From Salpingoeca rosetta (taxonomy: Eukaryota; Protista; Choanoflagellata), in the NCBI GenBank assembly GCA_033442325.1, contig JAWQFM010000018.1, positions 843,172 through 907,171 of the forward strand: a stretch of DNA of 64,000 nt, given 5' to 3'. A program made the translations under genes and the position numbers. Below are positions 62,171-64,000 of the stretch, in pieces. Position 1 is the first letter of the stretch; every line of letters starts with the position of its first letter. The notes beneath the pieces were generated by a model, which worked only from the letters and a program-made list of their open reading frames with translations, did no database searches and was not told the DNA's origin.

Positions 62171-63727
62171 CTATGCTGACTGCAGCATCACTTCGGGCAC
62201 GGGTGATCGAGCATGACGGGGTCGCGGTTGGAGACCTGAGATGGTGATGGCGATGGCGATGATGATCATGGTGGTGATGGCGATGTCAGATGTGGGATAC
62301 ATGTGCGGGTGACATGCAGCAGCTTCTCCAAACACACGCACACACACACACACATACACACACACGCACACAAAGAGCACACACACACACACGCAACGCG
62401 CTGGCAATGCGTGCATGCGAGCGTCACCTTGATCTCTGTGCCCTGGAAATACTCGACCAAGTCCGCCAGGTGCTCTCGGTAGCTGACGGCAACGACGATG
62501 ACGATGATAACAGCAGTTGTTGGTGATGATTTGTGGTTGAGTGTGGTGAAGGCAGAAGCACGTGAGAACAGCAATTCAAGACCGCCTGAGCAACGCAACA
62601 CACACACACACACAATCACACACAGCAATGATTGCCAGCATATACGCACATGTCGGTTCCACCGAGGAAGAAACCGCGCGCGTCGTCATGAAGGACTTTG
62701 AGATGAATGATCGTGTTGTCCTTTCCACTGGCAGTCCAGAGACGTTTGGCGAGGAGCGGGGGGTGCGTGCGTGTGTGTGTGTGTGTGAATGTGTGTGTGT
62801 GTGTGCGTGTGTGCGTGCGTGAATGTGAGCGATTGCGGTTTGATTGTGTGCAAGGTGATGAGTGTGTATGTGTGGAATAGATGGCTGTGACAAGGCAACG
62901 GGTGCCACGAACGAGCCACAACTGACAAACATGACAAAGCGGAAATACACTGGCAGGAAGTGCCACCACAACTCACAGGATGCTGAGTGTGCGGCTGTTT
63001 GGATGTGTGGCGGAGGGACGAATCATAAACGTGCCAACACGCGATCTGGATGAATGAGTGAATGCATGGATGGATGAGTTAAACGTGAGTGGACGCACGG
63101 CAAAAAGACAAGCACAGGACACTGCAGCGATATGCACGTGACACACACACACACAGAGTACAACACAGCACAGGACATATGTAACACAGCACAGCATAGG
63201 ACAGAACATGGGGTGTTGACTCACTGTGCCCTGAGGAGTCTCTCTGCCTCCATTCTGTTGGTCATCTGTGCGTGGAACCAACTGTAGTGGAGAAATGCGG
63301 CGAAAAGAAGGTGGTGGTGAGGGTGGTGGTGACGTGATACTCGAGCAGACAATGCACCAACCAAGGCAAAAGACAAGACGAACAAAACAAGATGAACAAA
63401 ACAGGCAAACCAATCCAATCCAACAACACAAGTAAGTTTAAACAACACGCAAACAACAAAGCGCACAGCAAACTCACGGCTGGTCCTCGTCCTTGACAGG
63501 GGTGGTGTTCTTGTCGACAACACCGCTGCCGCTGCCGTCGCTGCTGTGGTGGATGGACGTCGGGCGGGACGTGGGGGCTGACATGATCACTTCAACAAAG
63601 TTGGACGGGACCTTCGCATGTTGTCGTGGGGAGGGGGATGGGGTGGTGGCAGCGGACGGGCGGTAGTGGTGCACGCGTACATGCAATGTGGGGATGTGTG
63701 GTACTTCATGTCAGAAAGTGGGCGGAT

Positions 63728-63772
<45 letters not shown>

Positions 63773-64000
63773 CAACACACACAAACACATCCACACACGC
63801 ACACACACACACGCACACACACGTGTGCACTACGTTCATCACATGCATCATACACGTCACAAATATCAACCCGAGCTCTCACTCAAACACCAAGCACCAC
63901 GACCAGCACGCTCACCAGGCCCTCCTGCCCGCGCGCGTTTCTCGCGAGCCACCAGAGGGACGCATCGTCCTTGATCGTCAGCTGTTGGTGGCGAGAAAGA
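62171..64000 (-). CDS. SH3-domain protein, 3' part only (5' end outside window)
   Basis: Exon 63981-63916 LTIKDDASLWWLARNARGQEGL joins VPSNFVEVI, giving the SH3 WW...G.VPSNFV signature. Ser/Thr-rich exons follow to a probable TAG at 62171-62173. Confidence 0.75.

Overview
A compact, intron-rich eukaryotic region whose introns are full of (CA/TG)n and triplet microsatellites. Gene content and style suggest a choanoflagellate such as Salpingoeca rosetta; this is inferred, not searched. Most entries in the ORF track are microsatellite artefacts. Splicing exons by eye gives about 16 protein-coding genes: Ras (3'-truncated), KCTD9-like BTB/pentapeptide, SMYD-like SET, SNX13-like PXA-RGS-PX, an orphan coiled-coil gene, BARD1-like, CDCA3/Tome-1-like, WDR74/NSA1, PEX13, a bacterial-type HisRS, CAPZB, F-box/LRR, a plant-GGAT-like aminotransferase ending in PTS1, SART1, PSPH and a 5'-truncated SH3 protein. 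There is also a tRNA-Val(AAC), a full-length SRP (7SL) RNA and three assembly gaps. The strongest leads are: (1) an identical 12-mer, GTCAATTTTGCC, in three separate head-to-head promoters; (2) introns with a GT-rich 5' repeat and a complementary CA-rich 3' repeat that could fold back; (3) the peroxisomal GGAT-like enzyme; (4) the CDCA3-like gene with a CDE/CHR-like element next to BARD1; (5) the bacterial-type mitochondrial HisRS; and (6) a tRNA possibly nested in a 5' intron beside a TE-like fragment. All homology calls are from recalled family motifs, with no database search.
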